Shown: in pieces, positions 47,583 through 58,796 of the stretch
How positions within the stretch are numbered: position 1 is the stretch's first letter
How the letters are laid out: each line of letters begins with the position of its first letter
NCBI GenBank assembly: GCA_049510745.1
Contig: JBEKYR010000011.1
Coordinates: 73,932 to 137,931 of the forward strand
Reading direction: 5' to 3'
DNA length: 64,000 nt
Origin: Verrucomicrobiota bacterium
GTDB taxonomy: Bacteria; Verrucomicrobiota; Verrucomicrobiia; Limisphaerales; Palsa-1400
Notes under the pieces: model-generated
What the model was told of the DNA's origin: nothing
Databases searched by the model: none
What the model saw: only the letters and a program-made list of their open reading frames with translations
Position numbers and translations under genes: made by a program

Positions 47583-48671
47583 ATGCTGACCGGTCAAAAA
47601 CATCTGATGGCCGCGCTGGCGTTGCTGGCAGGCCCCGGCCTGGCGAGCGCCGCCGAACACGAAATTCCCCCGGCCTTCGGGCCTTATCTTCATCCCGCGC
47701 CGGCGGATTTTGCCGGGAGCAAATCGTTCCAATCGACCGGCCGCATCGTCGGGACGTACTATTTTTATTGGTACGACGCGCCCAGCAAAACGCATCTCGT
47801 CAACCTTCCCCAGGGCACGGACGCGCTGACCGATCATCCGCCCGCCTTGGAGGATTTTTCCTGGAAATCGGTTTCCTGGCACAAAAAGCAGTTGAGCGAC
47901 ATGGAGGACGCGGGAATCGACGTGGCGCTGATGGTGTTTTGGGGCGCGCCCTCCGAGCACGCGCCGGACGCCGTCCTTTACTGGAGCTTTGACGGGTTGA
48001 AACCGCTGGTGGCCGCGCGCGAAGCGCTGTTGCGCGAGGGCCGGCATCCCCCGGCCATCGGCCTTTTCTACGACACCAGCACGCTGGCCAACAATTCCTG
48101 GGGGGAACATATCGACTTGACAAGCGATCGCGGGCGGCAATGGTTTTACGCGACGGTGCGGGATTTCTTTTCCTGCATCCCGGCCCGGCATTGGGCGATG
48201 ATTGACGGCAAGCCGGTCGTGCTGCTCTACGCCTCCGCCTTTGCCAGGGCTTACGACCAGAGTTTCATCGACTACACCAGGACCAATTTCGCGAAGGACT
48301 TCGGCGGACGCGCGCCCTACCTCGCGCCGCAAGACTCGTGGGCCGTGAAAGGGGACAACGTCTGCGCCTGGGGCGGGGCGCTGGGATTGAAGCGCGCGGG
48401 CATTGGCGAGCTGGGGCCGGGTTACGACCACTCCGCCGTGCCGGGCCGCGCTCCGCTGGTCGCGCCGCGCGAGGGCGGGAAGTTTTACCAGAGGAACTGG
48501 GAGGAGTTCCTCCGCCAACCCTCCAACTTCGTCATGATTGAAACCTGGAGCGAGTTTCACGAAGGCACCGAGATTTGCGAATCCAGGGAATACGGGCGGC
48601 AATACATCGTATTGACGAGAAAATACGCCGACCGTTTCAAGCAAGGCGGGAAACCGCTTCCACCGAATTAG
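47583..48671 (+). CDS. Exported glycoside-hydrolase-like protein (DUF5010/GH99-like TIM barrel)
   Basis: Signal peptide; YFYWY, M..AGIDV, IGLFYDT, IDGKPVV, PGYD, ETWSEFHEGT.I.ES.EYG. Confidence 0.72.
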   Translation: MLTGQKHLMAALALLAGPGLASAAEHEIPPAFGPYLHPAPADFAGSKSFQSTGRIVGTYYFYWYDAPSKTHLVNLPQGTDALTDHPPALEDFSWKSVSWHKKQLSDMEDAGIDVALMVFWGAPSEHAPDAVLYWSFDGLKPLVAAREALLREGRHPPAIGLFYDTSTLANNSWGEHIDLTSDRGRQWFYATVRDFFSCIPARHWAMIDGKPVVLLYASAFARAYDQSFIDYTRTNFAKDFGGRAPYLAPQDSWAVKGDNVCAWGGALGLKRAGIGELGPGYDHSAVPGRAPLVAPREGGKFYQRNWEEFLRQPSNFVMIETWSEFHEGTEICESREYGRQYIVLTRKYADRFKQGGKPLPPN

Positions 48672-48775
48672 CCGCCCGCTTCCCGCGCTGCATGGCGCCA
48701 GGAAATTTGGACGAGTGCCGTCCAATTTTCGAGGAAGCCCGCAATTGGCCGACCATACCCTTCCAACCGAAAAAG

Positions 48776-48858
48776 CCGTCACACCGTCACAATCGTTGAT
48801 AATGAGGGACTTAAACCGTCACATTCGCCGTCACAAACCCTCATACAATCCCGTCACA
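48776..48858 (+). repeat. Five copies of CCGTCACA in 83 bp
   Basis: Copies at 48776, 48784, 48816, 48828, 48851. Confidence 0.8.
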
Positions 48859-49394
48859 TGCTTGGGGATCTTCATGTGGTGGAGACGGGTTTCATCGAGA
48901 TTTCGCCACCGGCCAAGTGAGAGTCAGTGGAAAACATCTCTCCCCGGGCAAATAAAAAGGCCCTTATTCAGGGCCTTCTTACGCTTGCCCCTTCGGGCAA
49001 TCCACCTCCAGAGAACTGGATTAACCAAATCCTGCCACACATCCGTGGACCTATCAACAGGCCGATTTTTCCCCGCTGGGCGTTCCATCGCTGGTTGCGG
49101 CTCTGCCGCGCTGGGCCGTATGGCCTTTGCATATCGTCTGATCCGGTCCGATGCTGGGGAATCGGGGGATGTTAGGGAAACAGGGACAAACCGGCGCAAT
49201 GCGTTAACGCCGGCAACCCATCCAAAAACACCAATTCCCCAGGCCCGACCCTTTGGCTTTTTAATGGCTCCGGCGCAAAAACGACCCGAACCAAGGAGGT
49301 GGAAATAAAGTTAATGTGAGGACCCCTTTACGACCCCGACCACCAACCGGATTTAAACTTGAAGAAAGCCAAGGCGGAAGCCAACGCGGCGCAG

Positions 49395-49480
49395 AAGCTC
49401 TTGCTTTGAGAATAGCCCAGCCATTTATGGCGGGGTTCACGGTTCGGAAACGTCATCAGTCCCGTCAGAGACGAAAGAAA
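49395..49480. repeat. REP-like palindromic element, single copy
   Basis: AATAGCCCAGCCATTTATGGCGGGG...AGTCCCGTCAGAGACGAAAGAAA; matches the reverse complement of 61084..61170. Confidence 0.8.
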
Positions 49481-49567
49481 CATCGTGCGCAACACATACC
49501 TCTACAACCGCTTGCAAATTGCGTTTCTTGGAAGGAACGGCTACATATAGCGTTTGTGGCAGATCGA

Positions 49568-50767
49568 TTGAACAAACCGAGTCTGCGCCTGCGCGTCACG
49601 GCGGCGGCGGAGAACTACGTGCGCGGCGGGCACCCGTGGGTGTTCGGGCCGAGTGTGCATGAACAGAATCGCGACGGCGAGACGGGCGAATTGGCGATCC
49701 TCTTCGACCGCCAGGACCGCTTCCTGGCGGTTGGGTTGTTTGATGCCGATTCCCCCATCCGCGTGCGCATTCTCCATGCCGGAAAGGCGCGCGCGCTGGA
49801 CCCGGCCTGGTGGCGGCAGCGCGCGGCGGAGACCCTCGCGCGCCGCGAAGGTTTGTTTGACAGCCAGACCACCGGCTACCGCTGCATTAATGGCGAGAGC
49901 GACGGCTGGCCCGGATTGGTCCTGGACCGCTATGAGAATACTCTGGTCCTGAAAATTTATACGGCCGCGTGGCTGCCGCGGTTGGAGGAAATCGCGGCGT
50001 TGCTGGCCCCCCGCGACCGCCTGGTGTTGCGCCTGAGCCGGAACATTCAACGCGCGGCCGCCGAACGCTTCGGACTTCAGGACGGCCAGGTCTTGCGCGG
50101 CGAGCCGGTCGCGGGGCCGGTGGTGTTTCTGGAAAATGGCCTGCGCTTTGAGGCCGATGCGGTGCGCGGGCAAAAGACCGGGTTCTTTTTGGATCAGCGC
50201 GAAAACCGGCGCGAAACCGGGGCGTTGGCGGCGGGGCGCAGCGTCTTGAACGTGTTCAGTTACACGGGCGGATTCTCGGTTTATGCGGCCAGCGGCGGGG
50301 CCGGGTCGGTTTGCAGCCTGGACATCAGCGAACACGCCCTGGCCGGCGCCCGGCGGAATTTCGCCTTGAACGACGACCGGCCCGCCATCGCCCACTGCCG
50401 CCATGAAACCCTCCAGGCCGATGCTTTTCTTTGGCTCCGCGAAACGTCCGCGCGCCGGTTTGATCTGATTGTGCTCGACCCGCCTTCGCTGGCCAAGCGC
50501 GAGTCCGAACGCGCCGAAGCCGGCGGCGCCTATGCCAAACTGATCGCCGCGGCGATTTCGCGCCTGAACAAAAATGGCGTGTTGGTCGCGGCGTCGTGTT
50601 CGGCCCATGTCCCGGCGGCGGAATTTTTCGGCCTGGCGCGCGAGGCGGCGCGGCAGTCCGGGCGCGCGTTCGAGGAGCTGAAAACCACCCGCCACGCCGC
50701 CGACCATCCCGTCTCCTTTGCTGAAGCGGATTATTTGAAGTGCATTTATTTGCGTCTGCTGGACTGA
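49568..50767 (+). CDS. RlmI-family SAM-dependent rRNA methyltransferase (second paralog)
   Basis: [63 protein letters not shown] start chosen because the upstream ORF extension runs through a repeat. Confidence 0.9.
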   Translation: MNKPSLRLRVTAAAENYVRGGHPWVFGPSVHEQNRDGETGELAILFDRQDRFLAVGLFDADSPIRVRILHAGKARALDPAWWRQRAAETLARREGLFDSQTTGYRCINGESDGWPGLVLDRYENTLVLKIYTAAWLPRLEEIAALLAPRDRLVLRLSRNIQRAAAERFGLQDGQVLRGEPVAGPVVFLENGLRFEADAVRGQKTGFFLDQRENRRETGALAAGRSVLNVFSYTGGFSVYAASGGAGSVCSLDISEHALAGARRNFALNDDRPAIAHCRHETLQADAFLWLRETSARRFDLIVLDPPSLAKRESERAEAGGAYAKLIAAAISRLNKNGVLVAASCSAHVPAAEFFGLAREAARQSGRAFEELKTTRHAADHPVSFAEADYLKCIYLRLLD

Positions 50768-50770
50768 AAA

Positions 50771-52102
50771 CTATTCCGCGGGAGCGGGGCGCCCGGCTTG
50801 GCGCGTGAGCTTGAGGCGGGCCACGCGGGCGCCGACGGTTTGTTCGACCCGCAATTCATACGCGCCCAGCGTGAGGGCGTCGCCCGTCTTGGGAAAGCCG
50901 CCGAGCCGCTGGGTCACCCAGCCGCTGGTCGTGGCGATGCCCGGGGCGGAAAGGTTCTGGCCGACCAGATCGGCCAATTCGTGCAGGGGCAATGCGCCGT
51001 CGATCTCCCAATGGTTGTCGTCGCGGCGCAGCAAGAGCGGTTTTTCCTGGTCGAATTCATCCTGAATCTGTCCGACCAGTTCCTCCAGGACATTTTCCAG
51101 CGTAACCATGCCGACGGTGCCGCCGTATTCGTCCACCACGATGGCAAAATGAAGTTTCCGCTCCAAAAAAAGCTGGAGCAGTTTTTCCAGACGGGTGGTT
51201 TCGGGGACGTAGATGAGTTTGCGGGCGACGCCGGCAAGGTCCGCGCCACGGGCGGCTTTGGCGCGGACGGCGAAAAGGTCCTTGATATGGACGACGCCGA
51301 GAGTTTTGTCGAGGTCGCCGCCTTCGCAAAGGGGAAAGCGCGAGTAGCGGGTTTTTTCCGCCAGTTCCAGGCATTGGGCGACGGTGGCCTCGGTGTCGAA
51401 GACGACCAATTGCTGGCGGGGCCGCATGACGTTGCGCACGATGCGGCGGCTCAGGTCCAGGGCGTTGAGCACGATCTCGTGTCCCAGGCGGGTGGCGGCG
51501 GCCTGGCTTTGGCCGAGCATGAGGCGCAACTCCTCTTCGGAATGAACAAAGAGCGGGAAGCCGGACGGCTCCAGGCCGACGCGGCGCAAGAGCCACTGGG
51601 CGGACTGATTCAAGACCCAGTTGAACGGATAGGAGAGGCGGTAAAACCAATGCAGCGGCGCCGCCACAAAGAGCGAGGTCGGCAGGGCTTTTTGAATGGC
51701 AAACCATTTCGGCCCCAGTTCTCCCAGCACGATCTGCAGAAACGTGGCGGTGGAAAAACCGACGGCGAACGCGACGGATTGCTGGACATGCGGCGACCGG
51801 ACGCCGACCCAGCCCAAAGGCGGGGCGAGCAAGGCCATAAACACCGGCTCGGCCAGCCAGCCCAAGCCGAGGCTGGCCATGGTGATGCCCAGTTGCGTGG
51901 CGCTGAGGTAGGCGGTGAGGTTCTGCAAGATGTGCCGCGCCAGCCGCGCCCGCCGGTGGCCCGCCACGATCAGCGCGTCCAATTGCGTGGCGCGCAATTT
52001 GACGAAGGCGAATTCCGCCGCGACAAAGAAGCCATTGACCAGGACAATGGCCAGGATGGCCAGCAAGCGGAGCGCGTTGGCCGCGAGGAGCTCGGTGTTC
52101 AT
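50771..52102 (-). CDS. Hemolysin/CNNM family protein (DUF21-CBS-CBS-CorC)
   Basis: NGFFVAAEFA, QLGIT..SL.LGW, GELGPK, HSEEEL, YSRFP, VDEYGG..G.VTLENVLEELVG.IQDEFD. Confidence 0.93.
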   Translation of the reverse strand: MNTELLAANALRLLAILAIVLVNGFFVAAEFAFVKLRATQLDALIVAGHRRARLARHILQNLTAYLSATQLGITMASLGLGWLAEPVFMALLAPPLGWVGVRSPHVQQSVAFAVGFSTATFLQIVLGELGPKWFAIQKALPTSLFVAAPLHWFYRLSYPFNWVLNQSAQWLLRRVGLEPSGFPLFVHSEEELRLMLGQSQAAATRLGHEIVLNALDLSRRIVRNVMRPRQQLVVFDTEATVAQCLELAEKTRYSRFPLCEGGDLDKTLGVVHIKDLFAVRAKAARGADLAGVARKLIYVPETTRLEKLLQLFLERKLHFAIVVDEYGGTVGMVTLENVLEELVGQIQDEFDQEKPLLLRRDDNHWEIDGALPLHELADLVGQNLSAPGIATTSGWVTQRLGGFPKTGDALTLGAYELRVEQTVGARVARLKLTRQAGRPAPAE

Positions 52103-53085
52103 AGGGTGACTTCTCCAAAAATCACCTTGAGCACATCCTGCAAGCTGATGATGCCGGCCTCGCGGTGGTCCGGCCCCAAAACCACCGCCTGGCGCCAGCC
52201 GGTGTGTTGCAGGCGGCGCAACGCCTCCTCCAAATGCAGGTCCTCGGGCAGAAAAAGGGCCGGTTGCAGATAATCCCGCGCCGGGCGGGTGGCGTCAAAA
52301 TCAGTCAAATACAGAACATGGTCCAGGTTGATGACTCCCGCGACGCGGCCGGTGTGGGGATCGACGGCGGGCACGCGGGTGAGCCGGCGCTCCCGGCAGA
52401 GCTGGAGCACGCGGGACAGGGGCGTTTCGGCGGCGACGGTGATGGCCTCGCCCATCGGCACCATGACGTGGCGCACGCGCCAATTGGGCAGATCGAGCAC
52501 CCGGTTGATCATCGCTTTTTCCTCGGTCGTCAGGCTGGGGGCGGCTTCCTGCATGACAAAGCGCAATTCCTCGCGGCTGCCGAAAAGGCGGCCCGTGTAG
52601 GCCGTGCCGCCTGTCCAGTGCAGCAAACCGCGCGAAAACCAGGCCACGACGGACACCAGCGGAGAGAGCAGCCGGTAAATCCAGCGGAACGGCGCCGCCA
52701 AGGCCAGCGAAAGGCGGTTGGGATACCGCTGGAAAAGGGTCTTGGGGGCCAGTTCGCAAACCATGTAAAAAGCAAACACGCCCGCCACAAAGAGCGCCGC
52801 TTTCAAAATCGGCCGCCCGCCGAGACAGTTGTGCAACTGAATGAAACCGAGGCTGAAGATGATAAAATTGACGACCGTGTTGCCGACCAGAATGGCCCAA
52901 AGAAAATTCTCCGGATTCTGCAGGAAGCCGTGCAGGATCGCCGCCCGCCGGTCGCCGCTGCGCATGAGTTGGCGGATGCGAAAGCGGTTCATCGCCAGCA
53001 CGCCGGTTTCCATTCCCGAAAAGAGGAACGAGAGCGCCACGCACACCAGCGCCGCCAGCAAAAGGAGCATGTTGGTATGGGTCAT
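52099..53085 (-). CDS. CNNM/CBS domain protein lacking the CorC domain
   Basis: SFLFSGMETG, ILVGN, ELAPK, SREEL, CBS pair; ends shortly after IFGE. Confidence 0.88.
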   Translation of the reverse strand: MTHTNMLLLLAALVCVALSFLFSGMETGVLAMNRFRIRQLMRSGDRRAAILHGFLQNPENFLWAILVGNTVVNFIIFSLGFIQLHNCLGGRPILKAALFVAGVFAFYMVCELAPKTLFQRYPNRLSLALAAPFRWIYRLLSPLVSVVAWFSRGLLHWTGGTAYTGRLFGSREELRFVMQEAAPSLTTEEKAMINRVLDLPNWRVRHVMVPMGEAITVAAETPLSRVLQLCRERRLTRVPAVDPHTGRVAGVINLDHVLYLTDFDATRPARDYLQPALFLPEDLHLEEALRRLQHTGWRQAVVLGPDHREAGIISLQDVLKVIFGEVTL

Positions 53086-54308
53086 CGTTTCTTGAGTGCC
53101 TCGACCAGCAATTGGCCAATGCGCCGTTCGTCGGCCGCCTGCACCGTCAGGCGCAATCCGGCCACGGTGACCGAGTCGCCCGGGGCGGGCACGACTTCGA
53201 ATTGGCGAAGGGCCAGGCCGGCCATGGTTTCGACGCCGGGCACGTCCGGGAGGGGCGGATATTCGCGGCGGAAATTGTCCAGGCGCACCGCGCCGCTGAC
53301 GCGCCAGCGATGGTCGTCGAGTTTTTCCAGGACGGCCCGTTCGGAAGCCAGTTCGGGGTGCAGTTCGCCCAGGACCTCGGCCAGAATGTCCTCGATGGTG
53401 ACAATGCCGGCCGTGCCGCCGAATTCATCGAGGACAATGGCCAGGCCGCGCTGCTGGCGCTGGAGGCTCTTCAACAATTGCAGCAGATTCATGCTTTCCG
53501 GCACGAAGGAGGGCAAATCGATGGCCAGCGCCAGGTCCGCCTCCGGGTCCAGCAGCAGCGCCCGCGTATCGAGCACGCCGACAATCGTGTCCACCGACTC
53601 ATCGTAAATGGGCAGGCGGCGATGTTTGAAACGGCGCGCCGCCTGGATCATTTCCGGCACCGTCAGATCGTCGGAAATGCAGGCCATTTGGGGGCGGGCT
53701 TTCTTGACCTGGCCGGCTTGGCGGCGGTCCAGGTTGATGATTTGCAGAATGATCTCCTTTTCCCCCGCCGCCAGCGCGCCTTGTTGATAGGCCATTTCGA
53801 GCAATTCGTGGTACTCCGCGTCCGAGAGGCCGGCCGCCGCGGGCGGGTTGGGCGCGGCGCGGAGGCAGGCGTTGGTCAGGCCCTGCGCCACGCGCCGCAA
53901 GGGCCGGCTGGCTTTTTGCAGGAAGAGCATGGGCCGGGCAACGCGCAAGGCCCACAGTTCGGGAGCGCGCACGGCCAGAGTCTTGGGCGCGACCTCGGCG
54001 CCAAAGAGAATCAAGAGGAGCAACGCCGCCATGACCACCGGGAGCGACCCGTGATGGCGCACGGCCACCCAGAGCGCCAGGGCGACAATGCCGGCGTTGG
54101 CGAAGCTGTTGCCGAGCACGAGAGTAGCCAGCAAGTCCTGCGGCTCGGAGAGGAGGCGACTGATGATTTTGCCCAGGCGGGGCGAGCGGGACTCCAACTG
54201 GCGCAGTTGCCATTTGCCGAGCGCGAAGAGCGAGGTCTCAGCCAGCGCGAAAAAGAAACTGGCGCCGGCGAAACCCGCCAGCACCACCAATGCCACGGTC
54301 GGCGTCAT
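53082..54308 (-). CDS. Hemolysin/CNNM family protein (DUF21-CBS-CBS-CorC)
   Basis: SFFFALAETSLF, LVLGN..AN, EVAPK, DEFGGTAGIVTIEDILAEVLGE. Confidence 0.92.
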   Translation of the reverse strand: MTPTVALVVLAGFAGASFFFALAETSLFALGKWQLRQLESRSPRLGKIISRLLSEPQDLLATLVLGNSFANAGIVALALWVAVRHHGSLPVVMAALLLLILFGAEVAPKTLAVRAPELWALRVARPMLFLQKASRPLRRVAQGLTNACLRAAPNPPAAAGLSDAEYHELLEMAYQQGALAAGEKEIILQIINLDRRQAGQVKKARPQMACISDDLTVPEMIQAARRFKHRRLPIYDESVDTIVGVLDTRALLLDPEADLALAIDLPSFVPESMNLLQLLKSLQRQQRGLAIVLDEFGGTAGIVTIEDILAEVLGELHPELASERAVLEKLDDHRWRVSGAVRLDNFRREYPPLPDVPGVETMAGLALRQFEVVPAPGDSVTVAGLRLTVQAADERRIGQLLVEALKKR

Positions 54309-54435
54309 TCAGGGAAGAGTGTGCGAGAAAAGCCCAACACAAAAGGGAAAAAAAGCCCTGTTTTGCGGTCGGGCGCACCTTAATGTTCGGACACTCGTCA
54401 GAGCTTCGGGAGGCCGCGCCTCGATCCGCCGGGGA

Positions 54436-54542
54436 AAATGACGAATGACGAAACCCTAATGCCTAACGAATGCTCCAATGACTCAATGACGAAAAGTCGG
54501 CCCGCCTGAATTTCGTCATTAGTGCTTCGTCCTTCGTCATTC
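54436..54542. repeat. Heptamer-periodic (AATGAC.) inverted repeat
   Basis: AATGACGAATGACGAAA...AATGACGAAA facing TTTCGTCATT...TTCGTCATT. Confidence 0.7.
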
Positions 54543-54627
54543 TCTTGAGCCTGCGTACGGCCGGACAATAACTCCCGTTTTCAAGAGGGTCGCCAAAATC
54601 CGCGATGCGCCCATGATCTCGCGTGAG

Positions 54628-56235
54628 TCACGCGGACCGGCGCAAGACCGTGTCCCGTTGCGCCCAGGCCGGGTCCGGGTTTGGATAGTCCAAGTTGTAA
54701 TGCAGTCCGCGGCTTTCGGGCCGTTGCAGGGCCGAGGTGATGATCAGTTCCGCCACCGTGGCGATGTTGCGCAATTCCAGCAGATCGCTGGTCACGATGA
54801 AATCCCAATAATACTCCTGAATCTCCTCCTGCAGGTTGGCGATGCGGGTGCGCGCCCGTTGCAGCCGCTTGTTCGTCCGCACGATCCCCACGTAATCCCA
54901 CATCATGCGCCGGATTTCGTCCCAATTATGGTTGATCACCACCAATTCATCGACGTTGTGGGCTTGGCCCGCCTGCCAGGCCGGCAGCGGCCAATCGCTC
55001 TCCGGGTCCGGCTGCGCCCGCACGCGCGCGGCGGCCCGATGGGCGCAGACCAGGGCTTCGAGCAGCGAATTGCTCGCCAGCCGGTTGGCCCCGTGCAGGC
55101 CGGTGCAGGCCGCTTCCCCGACGGCGTAAAGCCCGGGAATCTCCGTTTGCCCATCGACCGTCGTGACCACCCCGCCGCATTGATAATGCGCCGCCGGCAC
55201 CACCGGGATCGGTTGCCGCGTGATGTCGATTCCGAACTCCAGGCAGGTCGCATAAATGTTGGGAAACCGCTCGATGAGGAACGCGGCCGGCTTGTGAGTG
55301 ATGTCAAGCAGAACATACTCCGCCCCGCTTTTTTTCATCTCGCTGTCGATGGCCCGCGCCACGATGTCGCGCGGCGCCAGCGATTTGAGCGGGTGATACT
55401 TGTCCATGAACGGCGCGCCCCCGACGTTTTTCAAAATCCCCCCCTCCCCGCGCACCGCCTCGCTGATGAGGAACGATTTGGCCCTGGCGTGATACAGGCA
55501 GGTGGGATGGAACTGCACGAACTCCATGTTCGCCACCGCCGCCCCCGCCCGGTAGGCCATGGCCACGCCGTCGCCCGTGGCGATGTCCGGGTTGGTCGTG
55601 TAAAGATAGACCTTGCCGCAGCCGCCGGTGGCCAGCAGGACGCTGCGCGCCGCGAAGGTCTCGACCCGGTCGCTGTTCTTGTCCAGCACATAAGCGCCCA
55701 GGCAACGGTTGGCCGCCGCCCGTTCGCCCGCCGGGCCGCCCGCCTTCTGCGTGGTAATGAGGTCGATGGCGATATGGTTTTCGAACATCTCGATGTTGGG
55801 CTGCGCGGCCACCGCGGCCAGCAGCGCCCGCTCGATCTCGCGGCCCGTCACGTCTTTGGCGTGCAGGATGCGCCGCTTGGAATGGCCCCCTTCGCGGCCC
55901 AGGTCCAGCTCGCGTCCCCCGTTGATTTCCCGCTCGGAAAACTTCATCCCCAATTCCATCAACTCCGCGATCCGGGCCGGCCCCTCCGCCACGATCGCGC
56001 GCACCGCCTCTTCCCGGCAAAGCCCCGCCCCAGCCTGGAGCGTGTCGCGCACGTGGCTTTCGACCGAATCCTCCTTGCTGGTGACGGCGGCGATGCCGCC
56101 CTGGGCGTAATTGGTATTGGATTCGGCGCTGGATTTCTTGGTGACAATGGCCACCCGGCCCAGCGGCGCGACTTTCAAGGCGAAAGAAAGGCCGGCAACG
56201 CCGCTGCCGAGGACAAGGAAGTCAAAATTTTTCAT
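54628..56235 (-). CDS. nadB: L-aspartate oxidase
   Basis: [90 protein letters not shown]. Confidence 0.97.
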   Translation of the reverse strand: MKNFDFLVLGSGVAGLSFALKVAPLGRVAIVTKKSSAESNTNYAQGGIAAVTSKEDSVESHVRDTLQAGAGLCREEAVRAIVAEGPARIAELMELGMKFSEREINGGRELDLGREGGHSKRRILHAKDVTGREIERALLAAVAAQPNIEMFENHIAIDLITTQKAGGPAGERAAANRCLGAYVLDKNSDRVETFAARSVLLATGGCGKVYLYTTNPDIATGDGVAMAYRAGAAVANMEFVQFHPTCLYHARAKSFLISEAVRGEGGILKNVGGAPFMDKYHPLKSLAPRDIVARAIDSEMKKSGAEYVLLDITHKPAAFLIERFPNIYATCLEFGIDITRQPIPVVPAAHYQCGGVVTTVDGQTEIPGLYAVGEAACTGLHGANRLASNSLLEALVCAHRAAARVRAQPDPESDWPLPAWQAGQAHNVDELVVINHNWDEIRRMMWDYVGIVRTNKRLQRARTRIANLQEEIQEYYWDFIVTSDLLELRNIATVAELIITSALQRPESRGLHYNLDYPNPDPAWAQRDTVLRRSA

Positions 56236-56420
56236 TCGTGGCGAAGCGGGCCGCTCCGCGCGCCCCGCCTCCAACAACCACTGGTTACCGCAGCGCGCCA
56301 GTCCTGGCAAGCCCAACCCGGCGCGGCAATCAGAAATCCAGAAATCCCCTGATTGACAAATCGGGGAAACCATAACCGAATGTGCGGGTGTATGTTTGGA
56401 TTCAGGAAAGCTTTTTGCTT

Positions 56421-57578
56421 ATGAACGCCTCGCAACCTTCGTCGCCGGCCAGCATCGCAGCTCGCGTCGCGACTGCGCTGGTGGTGCTCGCTCTGGCTTT
56501 TGGCGCATTTACTCTCGCTCGCAGACGGGCACCCCGATGGAAACCAGACCCGGCAGTCGATGGTTTGCAAAACGAGTTTTCGGCAAAACATCCGGCTTTT
56601 ACAGCACCCCTGGGATCAAAAAGCCTGACCGTCGAGCAGTGGGAACAGGCGGAACAGCAGTGCGCCGATGCCGAAGATTACGCGGCCCGGTTTTTGGCAC
56701 TGGCCAAAGCGCATCCCAAGACCGCAACCGCAGAGCAGGCTTTGTGGTGGATAATTGGTTATTGCCCGGAAGCACCGAGTGCCAAGGAGGCCGTAGAACT
56801 CTTCTCGCGCGACTATTCGGACCACTTCCCCAACCAATGTAGAGGATTGGTCCAGTCCGCAGCGCCTTATGGGGACCACTACTTTCGGGCGATCATCGAA
56901 AAAAGTCCAAACCGGCAAATGCGAGGCCAGGCCATGCTGGCCCAGGCGCGATTCCGGCAAGTTGTCATGCATGACTACGCCGCCGCCGAAAAGCTTTTCG
57001 AACAAGTCGTCGCACAATACGCCGATATTGCAGTGGGCGGGGGCCGGTCAATTAAGTTGGGCGATCTTGCCAAAGACGATCTTTTTAATCTGCGGAACCC
57101 GGACTTGGTCCAACAACCCCTGAGCGCGGGACAGAAAGCCCCTCTCTTTGAGGCTACAACCACCGACGGAAAAGCGGTTAAATTCCCTGAAACTTACAGA
57201 GGCAAGGTGGTCCTCCTCGATTTTTGGGCTACGTGGTGTGGTCCTTGTGTTGCGGAGATTCCAAATGTCGTTGATGCTTACGAGAAATTTCATACCAAAG
57301 GTCTTGAAGTTCTGAGCGTAAGCCTCGACCAGGAAAACGCCGGTGAGATCCTCGCCCAGTTCGTTAAAAAACACAATATGCCGTGGCCCCAAATCTATGA
57401 CGGCAAGTATGTTGATTCGACAATCGCGAGACGCTATGGCATCAACGGCATCCCGCACGCCATGGTTGTGGATGGGGACACGGGTTTGATCATGGCGGAC
57501 GGCGATGACGCCCGTGGGCAAAAGCTAGCGACCTCCATCGAAGGGGCCTTGGCGGCAAAAAAGATGAATGCCAAGTAA
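56421..57578 (+). CDS. TlpA-family thiol:disulfide oxidoreductase with N-terminal TM and helical domain
   Basis: GKVVLLDFWATWCGPCVAEIP, VSLD, YGINGIP. Confidence 0.9.
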   Translation: MNASQPSSPASIAARVATALVVLALAFGAFTLARRRAPRWKPDPAVDGLQNEFSAKHPAFTAPLGSKSLTVEQWEQAEQQCADAEDYAARFLALAKAHPKTATAEQALWWIIGYCPEAPSAKEAVELFSRDYSDHFPNQCRGLVQSAAPYGDHYFRAIIEKSPNRQMRGQAMLAQARFRQVVMHDYAAAEKLFEQVVAQYADIAVGGGRSIKLGDLAKDDLFNLRNPDLVQQPLSAGQKAPLFEATTTDGKAVKFPETYRGKVVLLDFWATWCGPCVAEIPNVVDAYEKFHTKGLEVLSVSLDQENAGEILAQFVKKHNMPWPQIYDGKYVDSTIARRYGINGIPHAMVVDGDTGLIMADGDDARGQKLATSIEGALAAKKMNAK

Positions 57579-57713
57579 AGGAATAGTCGCAGGGAACGCG
57601 AAGAACAACGAATCAGCATTGGATCAGCATTGGTTGTCAGCATTGGGGTCAACTTCATACATTCAACAATTGTAATTGCCCGCAAGCAAATCCTCCTGGA
57701 TCGAACGATCCGC

Positions 57714-58709
57714 TCAACCCACAGCGACGCGGCCATCCCAGGGGCGGGTGCGTTTGGAATCGGGCTTGCTGGTGATACGGATGACACGCTGGGCCAGGGC
57801 CGCGTCTTCCGCCACCTGCCAGTCGAACATGCCGACCAGAACGAAGTCGGCGCCATTGGTAAAGGCGTAGGGGAAAGCCCTTTCCGGGTTGATGGCGCCG
57901 GCAGCGAGGATTTTGAAGGCAATCCAAGGTTTGGTGATTTTGGCCATGACATCGATGACCGCCTGCGGATCGCTGCACCAGGAGTTATCGTGCGGGCCGC
58001 AGACGTCGGTTTCTCCGGAACGGGGAGCGGTGAAATACTCGTGACTGTGGAATGTCTTTTGATAGAAATCGACGTCCACGCCTGCTTTCTCGCATTCAAC
58101 AATGACCCGAAGGTCGTGGCAGGCCACGCCCGCAACGCGCTTTTTGGTTTTGATCAACTCCACCATCTTGCCCACTTTCTCGAATTTGTTTTCTCCCAGC
58201 AGGCTGTCGGCGGCCACGCCCCAAACATGAAGGCCGGCTGCGCCCTGGTCAATCGCCTTGTCGATTTGGGAATAACCGCCATCGTCGTCCAGCCCCACCT
58301 GGACGAACCATTTTATTTTGCCGCCGTTCTTCCAATGGTCGAAGAGGGACGAATTATCCTGCATGGCATGAGTGTTGAAGGAGTTAATGCCCTGCGCTTC
58401 CGCCAGTTCCAATGTCTCCCGGATTTTCGCTGGCGTGTTGTAGCGGCGCGCCAAGGTGCCGACGTAGGCCAAATCGCGGGAATGCGCGCAGCCTCCGATG
58501 AGATTGCCGCCCAGGATCAACCGGCTGAATTCCTGCCCGCCCATTTTGCCCACAGGCATCTTTGCCGGAACCTCGGCGGATGATTCGCCTCGAGGTGATG
58601 ATGGGTTTTGAGCCGTGGCTGCCGGTGGCGCATTCAGCGCCAGAGGCAATCCGGCTGAAGCGAGGAGGGCGGATTTAACGAAGCCACGCCGGTTGATTTT
58701 GGTGTTCAT
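57714..58709 (-). CDS. Tat-exported TIM-barrel (aldo/keto reductase-like) hypothetical protein
   Basis: INRRGFVK Tat motif; SRLILGGN, GVACH, PWIAFKILAAG, AF..GADF..VGMFD. Confidence 0.75.
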   Translation of the reverse strand: MNTKINRRGFVKSALLASAGLPLALNAPPAATAQNPSSPRGESSAEVPAKMPVGKMGGQEFSRLILGGNLIGGCAHSRDLAYVGTLARRYNTPAKIRETLELAEAQGINSFNTHAMQDNSSLFDHWKNGGKIKWFVQVGLDDDGGYSQIDKAIDQGAAGLHVWGVAADSLLGENKFEKVGKMVELIKTKKRVAGVACHDLRVIVECEKAGVDVDFYQKTFHSHEYFTAPRSGETDVCGPHDNSWCSDPQAVIDVMAKITKPWIAFKILAAGAINPERAFPYAFTNGADFVLVGMFDWQVAEDAALAQRVIRITSKPDSKRTRPWDGRVAVG

Positions 58710-58796
58710 TGCATCATTTCTCCATACGGTTGTCATTGGCAGAGGGTAGCGGTGCTGGAGTAAACTGTCAACCTGCCCATTGTCGGCAAGCGGCCT

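Noticed and set aside
49316..49567. N-terminal extension of the second RlmI ORF
   Set aside because: Runs through a REP-like repeat; family similarity starts near 49568
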